A stretch of 64,000 nucleotides of DNA from an uncultured Acidobacteriota bacterium (GCA_963829925.1 CAWHKQ010000016.1:74213-138212), one strand, 5' to 3'. Positions 34,516 to 43,626 are shown, numbered from the stretch's first letter. Notes: generated from the letters alone by a model not told the origin. Translations and numbers: made by a program.

Positions 34516-35846
34516 GGCTCTGCCGGCACGGCTTTGCGCAGCTCGAGGAGGAGCCGTGCCAGCTTGCTGCCGAGCGAGCTCGCCGCGACCTCCAGCGCCC
34601 GGTAATCCTCGCCGTCCAGCGGCGCGCCGAGCCGATCGGCGTACAGGAAGGCCACCAGCCGTTCCTTGATCCGCACGGGGTACACGGCGCAGGCGGTCGC
34701 GGCGCGGTCCCCGAGCAGGGCGATGAAGGCCGGCGGAATCAGGGCGGGGCTGACCGCGCCGCGGTGCGCCATCCCCGAGAGTTTGACGAACGCGAATACC
34801 GACGGCTCTCCCCAGTCGATGCGAAGGCTCGAGACGGGCTTGCGCGAGAGACCGGCGCCGCGGCCCCACCAGCCATGCACCGCGTCCTGCGCGGCCAGGA
34901 GAAGGAGAGTCCGCGGAAAGCGCTCCGACAGCGAGTCGAGGGCGGCCTCTGCGATGCGGTCCCGAGCCGGCGACCTCTCGACCGGAGACGCGGCCCTCGG
35001 CGGTGCGCCGAGGCCCGTTGCGGGAGGCGGGGGAGGCGGCGGGGGCAGGACCGGCTCCGGTCGCGGCGGAGGCGCTTCGTCCATCCAGAGCGAGGCCACG
35101 AGGGCTTCCGGCGAGACGGAACGGGGCGGCGCGAAGTCGGGCAGGAAGTCATGGGCGTCGGCGAGCTCGCGGCCCGGAATCTCGGCGGCGACGAACGGGG
35201 CGGCGTAAGAAGGCGCACGCGGCGGCTCGGCCGTTTCGGCGGCGCTCGCGATCGCGATCGGGATCTGGCGCGACTTCTCGGCCCCGGACGCGACGGGAAT
35301 TGGACCCGGGCGGCCCGACAGGGGAGGGCGCATCGTGACACGGGTGCGATGGAGCCGGCGCTCCTCGTTGCGTTCGAGCTTGTGCAGCACGCTGCGGAAC
35401 TCGATCGGGACGGGGCGGCCGTAGAAGAGGTGCAGAGCCTGGAGCAATCGCACCTCGGTGATGACGGCCGGAATCACGGGCCTGTTGGTCACCGCGGAGA
35501 CCTCGTCGACGGCGGCGAGGTTGGAGGGATTCTTGAAGGCGACCCGCACACCCCGCCCTTCGAGCGCGTAGGGGATGGCGCCCAGACGCACGGCCGTGCG
35601 CTCGGGCAGGAGGCGCACGATCCGGGGCGAGGCCTTCGGAGCAGCTCGGCCCACGTCACGAAATCGCAGCGGTGAATCGCCGAAAGGGCCTTCAGCAGAC
35701 TGCTTCTCGCCGAGCAGGTCCCGGTCGAGGAGGATGGTTCCGAGGCGAAAGGGCTCGCCGGTATGCCGTTGAAATCCGAGCGCGCTTTGCAGGGCGACTT
35801 CGGAGAGTACGCCCTCGGCTATCAGGAGCTCGCCGATCCGGGCCAT
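34512..35846 (-). CDS. MshEN (T2SS-E N-terminal, c-di-GMP-receptor type) domain protein with Pro-rich linker and uncharacterised C-terminal domain; no ATPase domain
   Basis: ORF 34512..35846 (444 aa). The N-terminus RIGELLIAEGVLSEVALQSALGFQ fits the MshEN 24-residue motif. The second motif, RLGTILLDRDLLGEKQ(LLKALSAI), is restored by a compensating frame hop at about 35640-35700. This is followed by RLLPERTAVRLGAIPYALEGRGVRVAFKNPSNLAAVDEVSAVTNRPVIPAVITEVRLLQALHLFYG and a PPPPPPPP linker. Confidence 0.75.
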   Translation of the reverse strand: MARIGELLIAEGVLSEVALQSALGFQRHTGEPFRLGTILLDRDLLGEKQSAEGPFGDSPLRFRDVGRAAPKASPRIVRLLPERTAVRLGAIPYALEGRGVRVAFKNPSNLAAVDEVSAVTNRPVIPAVITEVRLLQALHLFYGRPVPIEFRSVLHKLERNEERRLHRTRVTMRPPLSGRPGPIPVASGAEKSRQIPIAIASAAETAEPPRAPSYAAPFVAAEIPGRELADAHDFLPDFAPPRSVSPEALVASLWMDEAPPPRPEPVLPPPPPPPPATGLGAPPRAASPVERSPARDRIAEAALDSLSERFPRTLLLLAAQDAVHGWWGRGAGLSRKPVSSLRIDWGEPSVFAFVKLSGMAHRGAVSPALIPPAFIALLGDRAATACAVYPVRIKERLVAFLYADRLGAPLDGEDYRALEVAASSLGSKLARLLLELRKAVPAEP

Positions 35847-36024
35847 GACCTCATTCTACTGCTAGCAGGTTGCTGAAAACGGATGTGGCCGGGCGCATCT
35901 GCACGCCGGTAACCGGTAGGGTGGACGTCACTTTGCCGGCCCCGCCCGGGAGAAAGGATACAGCGAGTCGAGTCGGCGGAACTGGCGTCGCGTGCAAAGA
36001 TCGGACGCAACACCCGCGTCCGTT

Positions 36025-36304
36025 TCAGCAGCCTGCTAGGGCAGGTCTCGAATCCTTGCCCGGCTTGAATCGGATCGTGTTGCCCGGCGGGATCGAGACC
36101 TCGACTCCGGTCTTCGGGATTGCGTCCGATGCCGCGCTTGCGCCGCTTGACCTGGAACACGCCGAAACCGCGCAACTCGATGCGGTCGCCGGCTCCCAGC
36201 GCGGAGCGCATGGCCTCGATGACCGTCTCGACGGCGGTGGCGGCCTTGGCCCGAGGGATCTGGGCAAGATCCACCACGCGATCGACGATGTCGGCTTTGA
36301 TCAT
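36025..36304 (-). CDS. integration host factor / HU family DNA-binding protein, one apparent frameshift
   Basis: MIKADIVDRVVDLAQIPRAKAATAVETVIEAMRSALGAGDRIELRGFGVFQVKRRKRGIGRNP, then in ORF 36025..36267, KTGVEVSIPPGNTIRFKPGKD. The GRNPKTG arm motif is split by the shift near 36115. Confidence 0.85.
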
Positions 36305-36330
36305 GGGCGCTCCTCCGGGATTGAGGGGAA

Positions 36331-37701
36331 TTATATAACTTCCTTCTTCTTCAAGCGGATGGAGGCCGCGAGGGCGGCGGCTGTGGCGCCCGCCAGCTCC
36401 CGGGCAAAGGTCAGGTCGGCGGGGGTGGCCCCCTGTGGACCGGCGCACTCCGCGTAGAAAAAAGCGACGGTCTTGTCCCGCATCAGGACCGGCTGGACGA
36501 TGCACTCGGCCGGCCAGCCCCCCAGCGCCGCGGCCATGGCCCGTCGTGGCGGGGGAGCGGTGGCAAAGGCCCCAGGTAGAAGGCGCGGCTCATGCGCACA
36601 TTCAGGAAGATGGAGGGCTCCGTCCAGGGCAGCTCCAGAGCGCGCAGGGCCTCCCGCGTCGACCCGATTTCCCGATCCCGCCCAGCCCGTCACGCCGTCG
36701 GGGCGCGCCACGAAGACCGCGCTCTTCGGGAACCGCTCGGGCCAGCGCGGGAGGGCGGCCTCGAAGATCTCGTCGCGTCCGCGCGCGGCCAGGATCCGCT
36801 CGAAATCCGCCGGCGGCCGGCATCCCGGCCGAGGGGACCGCGGTCGACTTCGCGCGGAGCGGGAACCGGAGCTGGCCGGGGGCGGAGTCTGCCGCCAGGG
36901 CGACGCGCTCTCGAGGGGGCGACCGACGTCGGAAGCTTGGGCGGGGCCGGCCGGCGGAGGGCTTCGTCCGGCCGCGGCCAGGAACCCGTCGAGGGCATCT
37001 CTTCCCAGGGGATCGACTCGGGTCCTCCTCGACGGCGTCGGGCGAAATGGGTTGTCCCGCCCAGCCGATTCCGGGCTCGTCGGGCACCTTCCACGTGGCG
37101 AACGGATTCGAGTCGGCCTCCTCGTCCGACGGGACCTCCCGCACGGACCCGCCGGGATACCGGATGGGAACGGCCGAAAAGTCGGGCGGCGGCGGAAGGG
37201 GCCTCTTGATGACCTGAGGGCGCGGTCGGGCGTGTGAGCTTTTCGGCCAGGATGGCGAACCGGGGAGTGCGGCGCTCCCCGTAATACTTCTCGAGCGCCT
37301 GGTAGAGGCGGACCTCCGGAGCGCGATCGCCGGGAGGATCTTCTTGCCCGTGACGAAGAAAAGCTCGTCGAGGATCCGGAGGTTGGCGGGATCCCGCAGG
37401 GCGATGCGGATGAACCCTTCGCCGAGCTCGACCGGAACGGCGGAGTGGCGGATCGCGAACTTGGCGGGCAGCGCCACGGTCGTCGGTTCCGGCGCCAGAG
37501 AGCCCAGGACGCGCCAGGGGATGTACGGGCAGCCGTGCTGCTCGGCGAGGGCCTTGCCGATGTCGTCCTCGGAGGCCGAGCCCCGCTCGAGCAGCAGGGT
37601 TCCGAGCCGTCCCCCGCAAAGCCCTGAACGGCGAGCGCGCGGTTGACGCTCTCCTCGCTGACGGCGCCGGCAGCGAGAGAAGGATCCCCGAGTCGGGGCA
37701 T
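36331..37701 (-). CDS. second MshEN-domain protein (paralogue of 34512..35846), at least 3 apparent frameshifts
   Basis: MPRLGDPSLAAGAVSEESVNRALAVQ and RLGTLLLERGSASEDDIGKALAEQHG are tandem MshEN-type motifs. They are followed by ALPAKFAIRHSAVPVELGEGFIRIALRDPANLRILDELFFVTGKKILPAIA.EVRLYQALEKYYG in ORFs 36331..37701, 36602..37900 and 36690..39017. The C-terminal domain (SAVFVARPDGVTGWAGSG...VLMRDKTVAFFYAE) aligns by eye with the first paralogue. Confidence 0.7.
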   Translation of the reverse strand: MPRLGDPSLAAGAVSEESVNRALAVQGFAGDGSEPCCSSGARPPRTTSARPSPSSTAARTSPGASWALWRRNRRPWRCPPSSRSATPPFRSSSAKGSSASPCGIPPTSGSSTSFSSSRARRSSRRSRSGGPPLPGAREVLRGAPHSPVRHPGRKAHTPDRALRSSRGPFRRRPTFRPFPSGIPAGPCGRSRRTRRPTRIRSPRGRCPTSPESAGRDNPFRPTPSRRTRVDPLGRDALDGFLAAAGRSPPPAGPAQASDVGRPLESASPWRQTPPPASSGSRSARSRPRSPRPGCRPPADFERILAARGRDEIFEAALPRWPERFPKSAVFVARPDGVTGWAGSGNRVDAGGPARSGAALDGALHLPECAHEPRLLPGAFATAPPPRRAMAAALGGWPAECIVQPVLMRDKTVAFFYAECAGPQGATPADLTFARELAGATAAALAASIRLKKKEVI

Positions 37702-37710
37702 GACTCTCGA

Positions 37711-38640
37711 TTATCGCGTGAGCGGGCGGGCGAAAGGAGCCGCTTCGTCGCCGGGCGCGTTCTTCTCCCAGTAGCGGGACCGGCGGGACAGGACCCGGCG
37801 CAGCGAGCCCGCCGTCGGCCGGTCCCAAGGCACAGACCGGTGGGGAAATCTCGTTTCGAAATCGAAGACGTCGGTCTGTCCGGCGCCGATTGAGCGCCAC
37901 GCGATAGACCCGCGGCGACTCGAGGGCCGCGTCGATCTCGAGACGGCGTCCTCCGTCGACGGGGGCAGGGGACGTCGAAGAGAAGACGCTCTCGATGACG
38001 CGCAGGACATCCGAGCGCGTGCGCTCGAAGTCGAGGCGCGCAGCTGCAGTGGGAGCGAGTCGTAGAAGACGGCGCTCCCGGCGAGAGCGGGACGTCGACG
38101 TCGCCGGGCGTCTTCGAAGTAGGAGCGGATGGCCAGCGAGGGACGGTCCGCCGCCACTCCGCGAAGCTGTTGCCGCACCATTCGTGGCTCGTCATCGTCA
38201 GCTTCACGGGATCCAGGCGATCGGGCCGCGAGCTCAAAGACCGAGAGCATCTGCTGGTACGTGTAAACGCCGGTGGGGATGCCCGCACGTGATTGAGCTT
38301 CAGGACCCGCTGGGTGGCGGGCTCTCCCGAGGACGGTCCGCCTTGACGAGGCGGGCCGGAAGGAGGTCCTCGGCGACGACGATCAGGATGCCGCGCGGAG
38401 GTGCGGGGAACTCCGTCACTTGACGTCGCGCGTTTCGTAGACGGAGACCTCGGCCACGCCGTCGTTCCAGAGAGGGCGCGGCCGAAGCCGGGCTTCCAGG
38501 CGACTGGCCCATTCTCGGCTCGAGCCGGAGACGCGGGGACGGCGAGCAGGGCGCCACGAAGAAAAGACATTCGACCTCCGCGCGGACACGGCGCGAAACA
38601 CCGGCGGCGCGATCGACCCCGAGCATACCGCCGGGGTCGC
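37711..38640 (-). CDS. hypothetical protein, at least 5 apparent frameshifts; ends approximate
   Basis: Readable islands across three minus frames: MSFLRGALLAVPASPARA (signal-like), PLWNDGVAEVSVYETRDVK, GILIVVAEDLLPARLVKAD, VLKLNHVR, LDPVKLTMTSHEWCGNSFAEW, SLAIRSYFED, VFYDSLPLQLR, TDVFDFETRFPHRSVPWDRP, RYWEKNAPGDE. The sequence looks like a real conserved protein, but I cannot name the family. Confidence 0.5.
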
Positions 38641-38659
38641 ACCCCGGCGGCGAAGCCCC

Positions 38660-38710
38660 GTGCTACATTCCGGGAGTGAAGACGCGGGCGTGCTACGTTC
38701 CCGAGTGAAG
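38660..38710 (+). repeat. 30-nt-period tandem duplication at the 5' end of the TPR gene
   Basis: GTGCTACATTCCGGGAGTGAAG (38660-38681) and GTGCTACGTTCCCGAGTGAAG (38690-38710). Each carries TGCTAC(A/G)TT (extended -10-like) 6-7 nt before a GTG AAG. The first GTG opens a 10-codon ORF (38676..38708) whose TGA overlaps the second GTG (38705). Confidence 0.6.
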
Positions 38711-40672
38711 TCTCAGGGCCGCGCTGCTCCTTTCGCCTGGCGGTCTCGGCCGCGCCGGGCGCGCGCAGTCGTCGTCGCCGCAGGCGCCGAAGTCGCCGGA
38801 TGCTCCCGGCACGCCGTCCGACGGACGAATTCGCCGCGAGCCGAAAGAGCCTTCCTCGCCGCGCGCACGGCCGTCGCGGAGGGGCGCTACCAGGAGGCGC
38901 TGGACGCTCTACCGCAAGGTGCTCGCTGCAAGATGCCGGACGATGCGGTCGTGCACCTCGAGTATGCCCAGCTTCTCCGCGACCTGAACGTCGTGCGAGA
39001 GGCCGAGAAGGAAGCACGCGAGGCGGTGCGTCTGGACCCCGCGCTCGCCGAGGCGCAGCGGCTGCTCGGCGCCCTCGACCTCGCGGCCGCGGAGAAGGAC
39101 CCCTCGCGGCTCTCCGACGCGATCGAGCAGCTGACCGCGGCCCGGCGGCTGCGCGCCGTCGACGTCGGAAGCGTCGGTGAGCCTCGCCCGCGCGCTCCTC
39201 GCCGCCGATCGCTCAGCCGAAGCCGCCGCGGTGCTCGACGAGCTGCCGGAGCTCGCCAATCAGCCCATGATCCAGCGGCTGAACGCCGAGGCCAAGGCGC
39301 AAGCGTCGGCCGCTACAAGCGAGGCCGAGAAGATCTACCGCGCGCTCGACGAGGCCGACCCCGGGGACCGGGAGATCGCCGCCGCGCTGATCGACCTCTA
39401 CGAGGACCAGGACAAGCTCGACCAGGCGCTCGAGGTTCTGCGCAGGCTCCTGCAGCGCGCGATCCGGCGAACTCCGCGGTCCCGAGCGCATCGTTCTCGA
39501 TCTCGCGCGCGCCGGGAAGTTCGCGGAGGCCGAGGAGGAGGCGCGCGAGCTCGTCGCCCGGCGTCCCGAGAACCGGGCGACCCGCCGGCTGCTGGCGACG
39601 GTTCTGTTCGAGCGAAGCGCGTCCGAAGAAGGGCGAGAAGATCCTGACGACGCTTCTCGAGGCGGACCCCGACGACGCCGCGACCCGCCGGACCCTGGCC
39701 GCCGAGTTCGTTCGCGAGCGCCGGTTCGACCTGGGGCGCGCGCAATACGAGGAGATGGCACGGCGGGCGGGGGACGACCCGAAGCGGGCGGACACCAGGC
39801 AGGCGGCGGCCGTCGAGCTCGGCTTCATCGCCTACCTCAACAAGAACTGGGTCGAGGCGCGCAAGATTCTCGCGCCTCTGGCCGTCCAGGACTCCCGTGT
39901 GAATCCCCGCGCCGCCCGTATCCTGCTCGCGTCCGACCGGGACGGCGAGGACTTCGCCGGCGGTCTGGCTCACGCCAAGACTCTCGCGGCGGCGGATCCG
40001 AAGGAACCGGAGTGGGCCGCCGCGGCGGCGGAGTTCACCGAGCGTCTCGGGGATCGCAAAGCCGCCGAGACGAAGCTGAGCGGCCTCGCGGCGTCCCCCG
40101 ACATCGAATCGGTGCTGGCGGCCGCCGACGCCTACGCCCGTCTCAAGCAATTCGACGCCGCCGCTCAGGTGGCGCGCCGGGCCGTCGAGAAGTTCCCCGA
40201 AAACACCGAGGCGCAGTTTCGTCTGGCCTCGAGCCTGGAGCGCGCCGGCCACTCGGCCGAGGCGGAGAAGGTCTTCCTCGCGCTGCTGGCCGAACGTCCC
40301 AACGACTCCGCCACGCAGAACTACCTGGGGTACATGTGGGCGGACAAGGGCGTGCAGCTCGAGCGCGCGCGGGACCTTCTCGAAAGGGCGGTGGCCCGCG
40401 AGCCCCGCAACGCGGCTTACCTCGACTCCCTCGGGTGGGCGTACTTCCGGCTGGGCCGTCTCGACGTGGCCGAGAAGAACCTCCGCGAAGCGCAACGCCG
40501 CGAGCCCGGAGATCCGACGATCGTCGAGCACCTCGGGGATCTCCAGATGCAGCAGGGCGACATCGCGGGAGCCGTGCGCAACTGGGAGAAGGCCCTCGAG
40601 CTCCAGCACGATGAGCCCGAACGCGTCCGGGACAAGCTGCAGCGCGCGCGCACCCCCGTTTCGCAGCGGTGA
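38660..40672 (+). CDS. tetratricopeptide-repeat protein, about 3 apparent frameshifts; true start probably GTG 38705
   Basis: ORF 38660..40672 plus ORF 39177..39647. TPR-like helices run throughout (YQEALDAL, EAEKEAREAVRLDPALAEAQRLLG, AEAEKVFLALLAERPNDSATQNYLGYMWADKG, NAAYLDSLGWAYFRLGRLDVAEKNLREAQRREPGDPTIVEHLGDLQMQQGDIAGAVRNWEKALEL). Confidence 0.8.
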   Translation: MLHSGSEDAGVLRSRVKSQGRAAPFAWRSRPRRARAVVVAAGAEVAGCSRHAVRRTNSPRAERAFLAARTAVAEGRYQEALDALPQGARCKMPDDAVVHLEYAQLLRDLNVVREAEKEAREAVRLDPALAEAQRLLGALDLAAAEKDPSRLSDAIEQLTAARRLRAVDVGSVGEPRPRAPRRRSLSRSRRGARRAAGARQSAHDPAAERRGQGASVGRYKRGREDLPRARRGRPRGPGDRRRADRPLRGPGQARPGARGSAQAPAARDPANSAVPSASFSISRAPGSSRRPRRRRASSSPGVPRTGRPAGCWRRFCSSEARPKKGEKILTTLLEADPDDAATRRTLAAEFVRERRFDLGRAQYEEMARRAGDDPKRADTRQAAAVELGFIAYLNKNWVEARKILAPLAVQDSRVNPRAARILLASDRDGEDFAGGLAHAKTLAAADPKEPEWAAAAAEFTERLGDRKAAETKLSGLAASPDIESVLAAADAYARLKQFDAAAQVARRAVEKFPENTEAQFRLASSLERAGHSAEAEKVFLALLAERPNDSATQNYLGYMWADKGVQLERARDLLERAVAREPRNAAYLDSLGWAYFRLGRLDVAEKNLREAQRREPGDPTIVEHLGDLQMQQGDIAGAVRNWEKALELQHDEPERVRDKLQRARTPVSQR

Positions 40673-41334
40673 AGCGGCGCCTTTTCCTCCGTCTCGGCGC
40701 GGTTCTCCTCCTTCCTTCTCTCTCGGCCTGCGCCGCGCGCACCGTCGCGCGGCACTTCACGCCGGCGTCCCCCGAACAGGCTCGCGACGCGCTGGCGGCC
40801 TGGGCCTCCTCGGCGGCCCGCGCCGAGGCCCTCCTTCCGTCCCGGCTGCTCTATGACGCGCGCATGTCCAGCGGGGCAGCGACGCTCCCGGGCACGCTCG
40901 CCGTCGTCGACGACGGGCGGGAGGTGCTGCACGCCTCTCTGACCGGGCCCTTCGGCGCCAGGATCGCCGAGTACTCGGCCGGGGCCGTCACGGGCGAGGA
41001 CCGGCGCGCCCTGGTCGTCGACCCCGGGGCACTGCGGGCGGTCCTGGCCGGAACGTGGCCCGGCGCACCGTCGGGCGTGGACGGCTGCGACGGCGGCGAG
41101 TGCAGGCTGGTCTGGAACGGAGCGACCTCGGTCGAGGCCGTCTTGGACGTCGGCGCGGAACGAGTACGTTCGATGGTGATCGAAGGCCCCTCGGGACGGC
41201 TGTCGATCGACTACGACGGAGCGCTGAAACCGTGGCCCGAGCAGATCGCCCTGCGGGACGAGCGCTCGTCGCGACGCCTCTCGCTGCGGCTGGCGGCGAT
41301 CGAGCCCCTCGGCCCGGCCTCTCCCGAGCCATGA
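40669..41334 (+). CDS. lipoprotein, LolB-like by position (upstream of ispE); intact
   Basis: ORF 40669..41334. Signal peptide plus lipobox: MKRRLFLRLGAVLLLPSLSAC. Both its start and its stop overlap the neighbouring genes. The functional call rests on the conserved lolB-ispE-prs neighbourhood, not on sequence motifs. Confidence 0.6.
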   Translation: MKRRLFLRLGAVLLLPSLSACAARTVARHFTPASPEQARDALAAWASSAARAEALLPSRLLYDARMSSGAATLPGTLAVVDDGREVLHASLTGPFGARIAEYSAGAVTGEDRRALVVDPGALRAVLAGTWPGAPSGVDGCDGGECRLVWNGATSVEAVLDVGAERVRSMVIEGPSGRLSIDYDGALKPWPEQIALRDERSSRRLSLRLAAIEPLGPASPEP

Positions 41335-42185
41335 CGTGGGCGGCCCTGGCGCCGGCCAAGATCAACCGGGAGCTGCGCGTGGGGCGGATCCGGCCGGACG
41401 GTTACCATGAGGTCCGCTCGCGGATGGTCTCGATCGACCTGGCCGACCGCCTGAGCGCGAAGCCCGGGGAGGGGCTCGAGTTTTCCTGCGACGACCCCGC
41501 GGTCCCGACGGGCTCCGCGAACCTCGTCGTGCGCGCCGCGCAGCTTCTGGCCCAGGAGGCGGGGATCGTGCCGCGCGCTCGCCTGACCCTGGAGAAGCGC
41601 GTGCCGATCGGGGGCGGTCTGGGCGGCGGGAGCTCTGACGCGGCCGTCGCGTTGCTCCTCCTCGACCGGCTGTGGAACCTCCAGACGCCGGCCGACCGGC
41701 TCCGGAGCATTGCGGCCGGGCTCGGAAGCGACGTGCCCTTCTTCCTGACGGGTGGAGAAGCCGACGTGTCGGGGCGCGGGGAAATCGTGACTCCGGTGGA
41801 GGACGGCCCGGATGCGGATCTGCTTCTCCTGGTTCCGCCATTCTCGATCCCGACCGCGGATGTCTATCGTTTGTACGCCGGCCGCGGATTCCTGCCGGAA
41901 CGTCTGGATATTTCGTCCGAAGGCCGCCGTTTCCTCCTGGGACCCAACGACTTGGCACCGGCCGTGCTAACAAAAGAACCTCGGATGGAGGCCTTGTGCA
42001 AAGCCGCCGCCGCGATCACGGACGATTGGGTCATCAGCGGCTCCGGGGCCACGATCGTGATGCACGGGGTCGGGGCGGGCGCCGCGGAGCGACTCGCCGG
42101 TCTAGGGCTGAACGCGCGAATTCTGCCGTGCCGGACTCTTTCTCGCCGGGGGTACCAGGCTCGAGTGACACCGAGGGAGGATTGA
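41331..42185 (+). CDS. ispE: 4-diphosphocytidyl-2-C-methyl-D-erythritol kinase, intact
   Basis: MTWAALAPAKINRELRVGRIRPDGYHEVRSRMVSIDL...NLVVRAA...LEKRVPIGGGLGGGSSDAAVALLLL...GSDVPFFL (GHMP kinase motif) within ORF 41055..42185. Confidence 0.9.
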   Translation: MTWAALAPAKINRELRVGRIRPDGYHEVRSRMVSIDLADRLSAKPGEGLEFSCDDPAVPTGSANLVVRAAQLLAQEAGIVPRARLTLEKRVPIGGGLGGGSSDAAVALLLLDRLWNLQTPADRLRSIAAGLGSDVPFFLTGGEADVSGRGEIVTPVEDGPDADLLLLVPPFSIPTADVYRLYAGRGFLPERLDISSEGRRFLLGPNDLAPAVLTKEPRMEALCKAAAAITDDWVISGSGATIVMHGVGAGAAERLAGLGLNARILPCRTLSRRGYQARVTPRED

Positions 42186-42186
42186 G

Positions 42187-42510
42187 ATGAACATCACGCA
42201 GGTCAAGGTGTTCCCCGTGACCGAGGAAAAGCTGAAAGCCTACGTCTCGATCGTCCTGGACGACTGCTTTCTCGTCTCCGATCTGAAGGTGATCCAGGGG
42301 CCCAACGGCCTCTTCATATCGATGCCCTCGAAGCGCAAGAAGAACGGCGAGTTCAAGGACGTGGCGCACCCGCTGAACCGGGAAACCCGCGAAATGATGG
42401 AGCGGCGGATCCTGGAGGAGTACGGGCGGGCGCTGGACGCGGCGCCGTCGGGTTCCTCGACGCCCCGGGAAGCCCCCCCGGGCCCGGCGGGCAACGAAGC
42501 CCCGAGTTAA
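42187..42510 (+). CDS. spoVG: septation protein SpoVG, intact
   Basis: MNITQVKVFPVTEEKLKAYVSIVLDDCFLVSDLKVIQGPNGLFISMPSKRKKNGEFKDVAHPLNRETREMMERRILEEY. Confidence 0.92.
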   Translation: MNITQVKVFPVTEEKLKAYVSIVLDDCFLVSDLKVIQGPNGLFISMPSKRKKNGEFKDVAHPLNRETREMMERRILEEYGRALDAAPSGSSTPREAPPGPAGNEAPS

Positions 42511-42522
42511 AATCGTCCGGAT

Positions 42523-42598
42523 TGGGGCGTCGCCAAATTGGTAAGGCACCGGCCTTTGGAGCCGGCATTTCTAGGTTCGAGTCCTAGCGCCCCAGCCA
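42523..42598 (+). tRNA. tRNA-Gln (anticodon UUG), CCA encoded
   Basis: TGGGGCGTCGCCAAATTGGTAAGGCACCGGCCTTTGGAGCCGGCATTTCTAGGTTCGAGTCCTAGCGCCCCAGCCA. It has the U1-A72 pair typical of bacterial tRNA-Gln, anticodon loop CTTTGGA and a T-arm GGTTCGAGTCC. Confidence 0.93.
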
Positions 42599-42611
42599 AC
42601 GCCTTCGTTTC

Positions 42612-43626
42612 CTACGAGCCGGGCGGCCGTGGATCCCGCTTCTTTGCCTGTCGGATGGCCCTGTCGACCTCGGAAAAGAGACGCGTCGTGCCGCGAAACG
42701 AGGAGCCGGCGGAGCTGTACAGGACGGCGCCCTCCGGGTCGAGGAGAAGGTAGCTGGGAAAAGCTGTGACGCCGAAGAGGCTCTTGCTCTGGTCCGTTTC
42801 GTCCCAACACTGCTTCCACGACATCTGGTTCTTCGTGACAAACGCTTCGAGGGCGGCGCGGTCCTCATCCGCGCTGACACTGACCAGCACGAACGGTTCT
42901 CCGCTCTTCTCCATGGCCAGGGTCTTCAATTCTGGTAGCGCCTGGACGCAGGGCTCACACCACGTCGCCCAGAAGTCCAGGAGCACGACGTTCCCCCGCA
43001 GGTCCTGGAGGCGGACGGGGCTGCCGTCGAGCCCCGCGAAGTTGAACTCCGGAGCGAACTTCTGACGGGCGCTGCGCGGGGGCCAGATACGCTTTCGCCT
43101 GCGGCGCGAAAGGGTCCGTCGGCGTCTCCCGGAGGAAAGTCTCCAGCTCCGCCACGCCCTCGCTGTCGCGCCCCATCTTCAGCAAGGTCTCGCCGAGGCG
43201 GTAGCGCGCCCGCGGCGACTTCTGCTCCGAGAGGGCAAGGGCTTCGCGGAAGGCCCGTTCGGCTTCGGCGAGCTTCTTTGGCTTGTCGGCGGCTGCGCCG
43301 AGGAGAACTTCGCCGAGCAGCTGGCTCGCGAGCTCCCGCTCCTCGGCCGTCACGGCGACTGCCGACGCTTCGCGAGCCGCGGCTGCGGCGTCGCCGAACC
43401 TGGCCATCCCGTTGTACGCCGCGGCCAGGCCGAGCAGGCAGCGGAAGCATTTCCCGCCCGAGCTCTCGTTCGCCTTTCGGAAGGCCTTCACGGCGTCCTT
43501 GTGCTCTCCTGAGCGGAGTAGAGAGAGGGCCCTGGCGAGCGCCGGCTCATCGTCGGGAGCAACCGCAAAAGCCCGCCCGACTGAAAGAAGAAACAGCAGA
43601 ACCGGGAGTAGGGATCGCGCTCTCAT
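42612..43626 (-). CDS. secreted TPR-like domain fused to a TlpA/redoxin-type thioredoxin domain, one apparent frameshift
   Basis: ORF 42955..43626 (signal MRARSLLPVLLFLLSVGRAFA, helical repeats) joins ORF 42612..42986 (LLDFWATWCEPCVQALPELK..FVLVSVSADED..FPSYLLLDPEG) after a shift near 43075. The corrected junction reads FAPEFNFAGLDGSPVRLQDLRGNVVLLDFWATWC. Confidence 0.8.
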
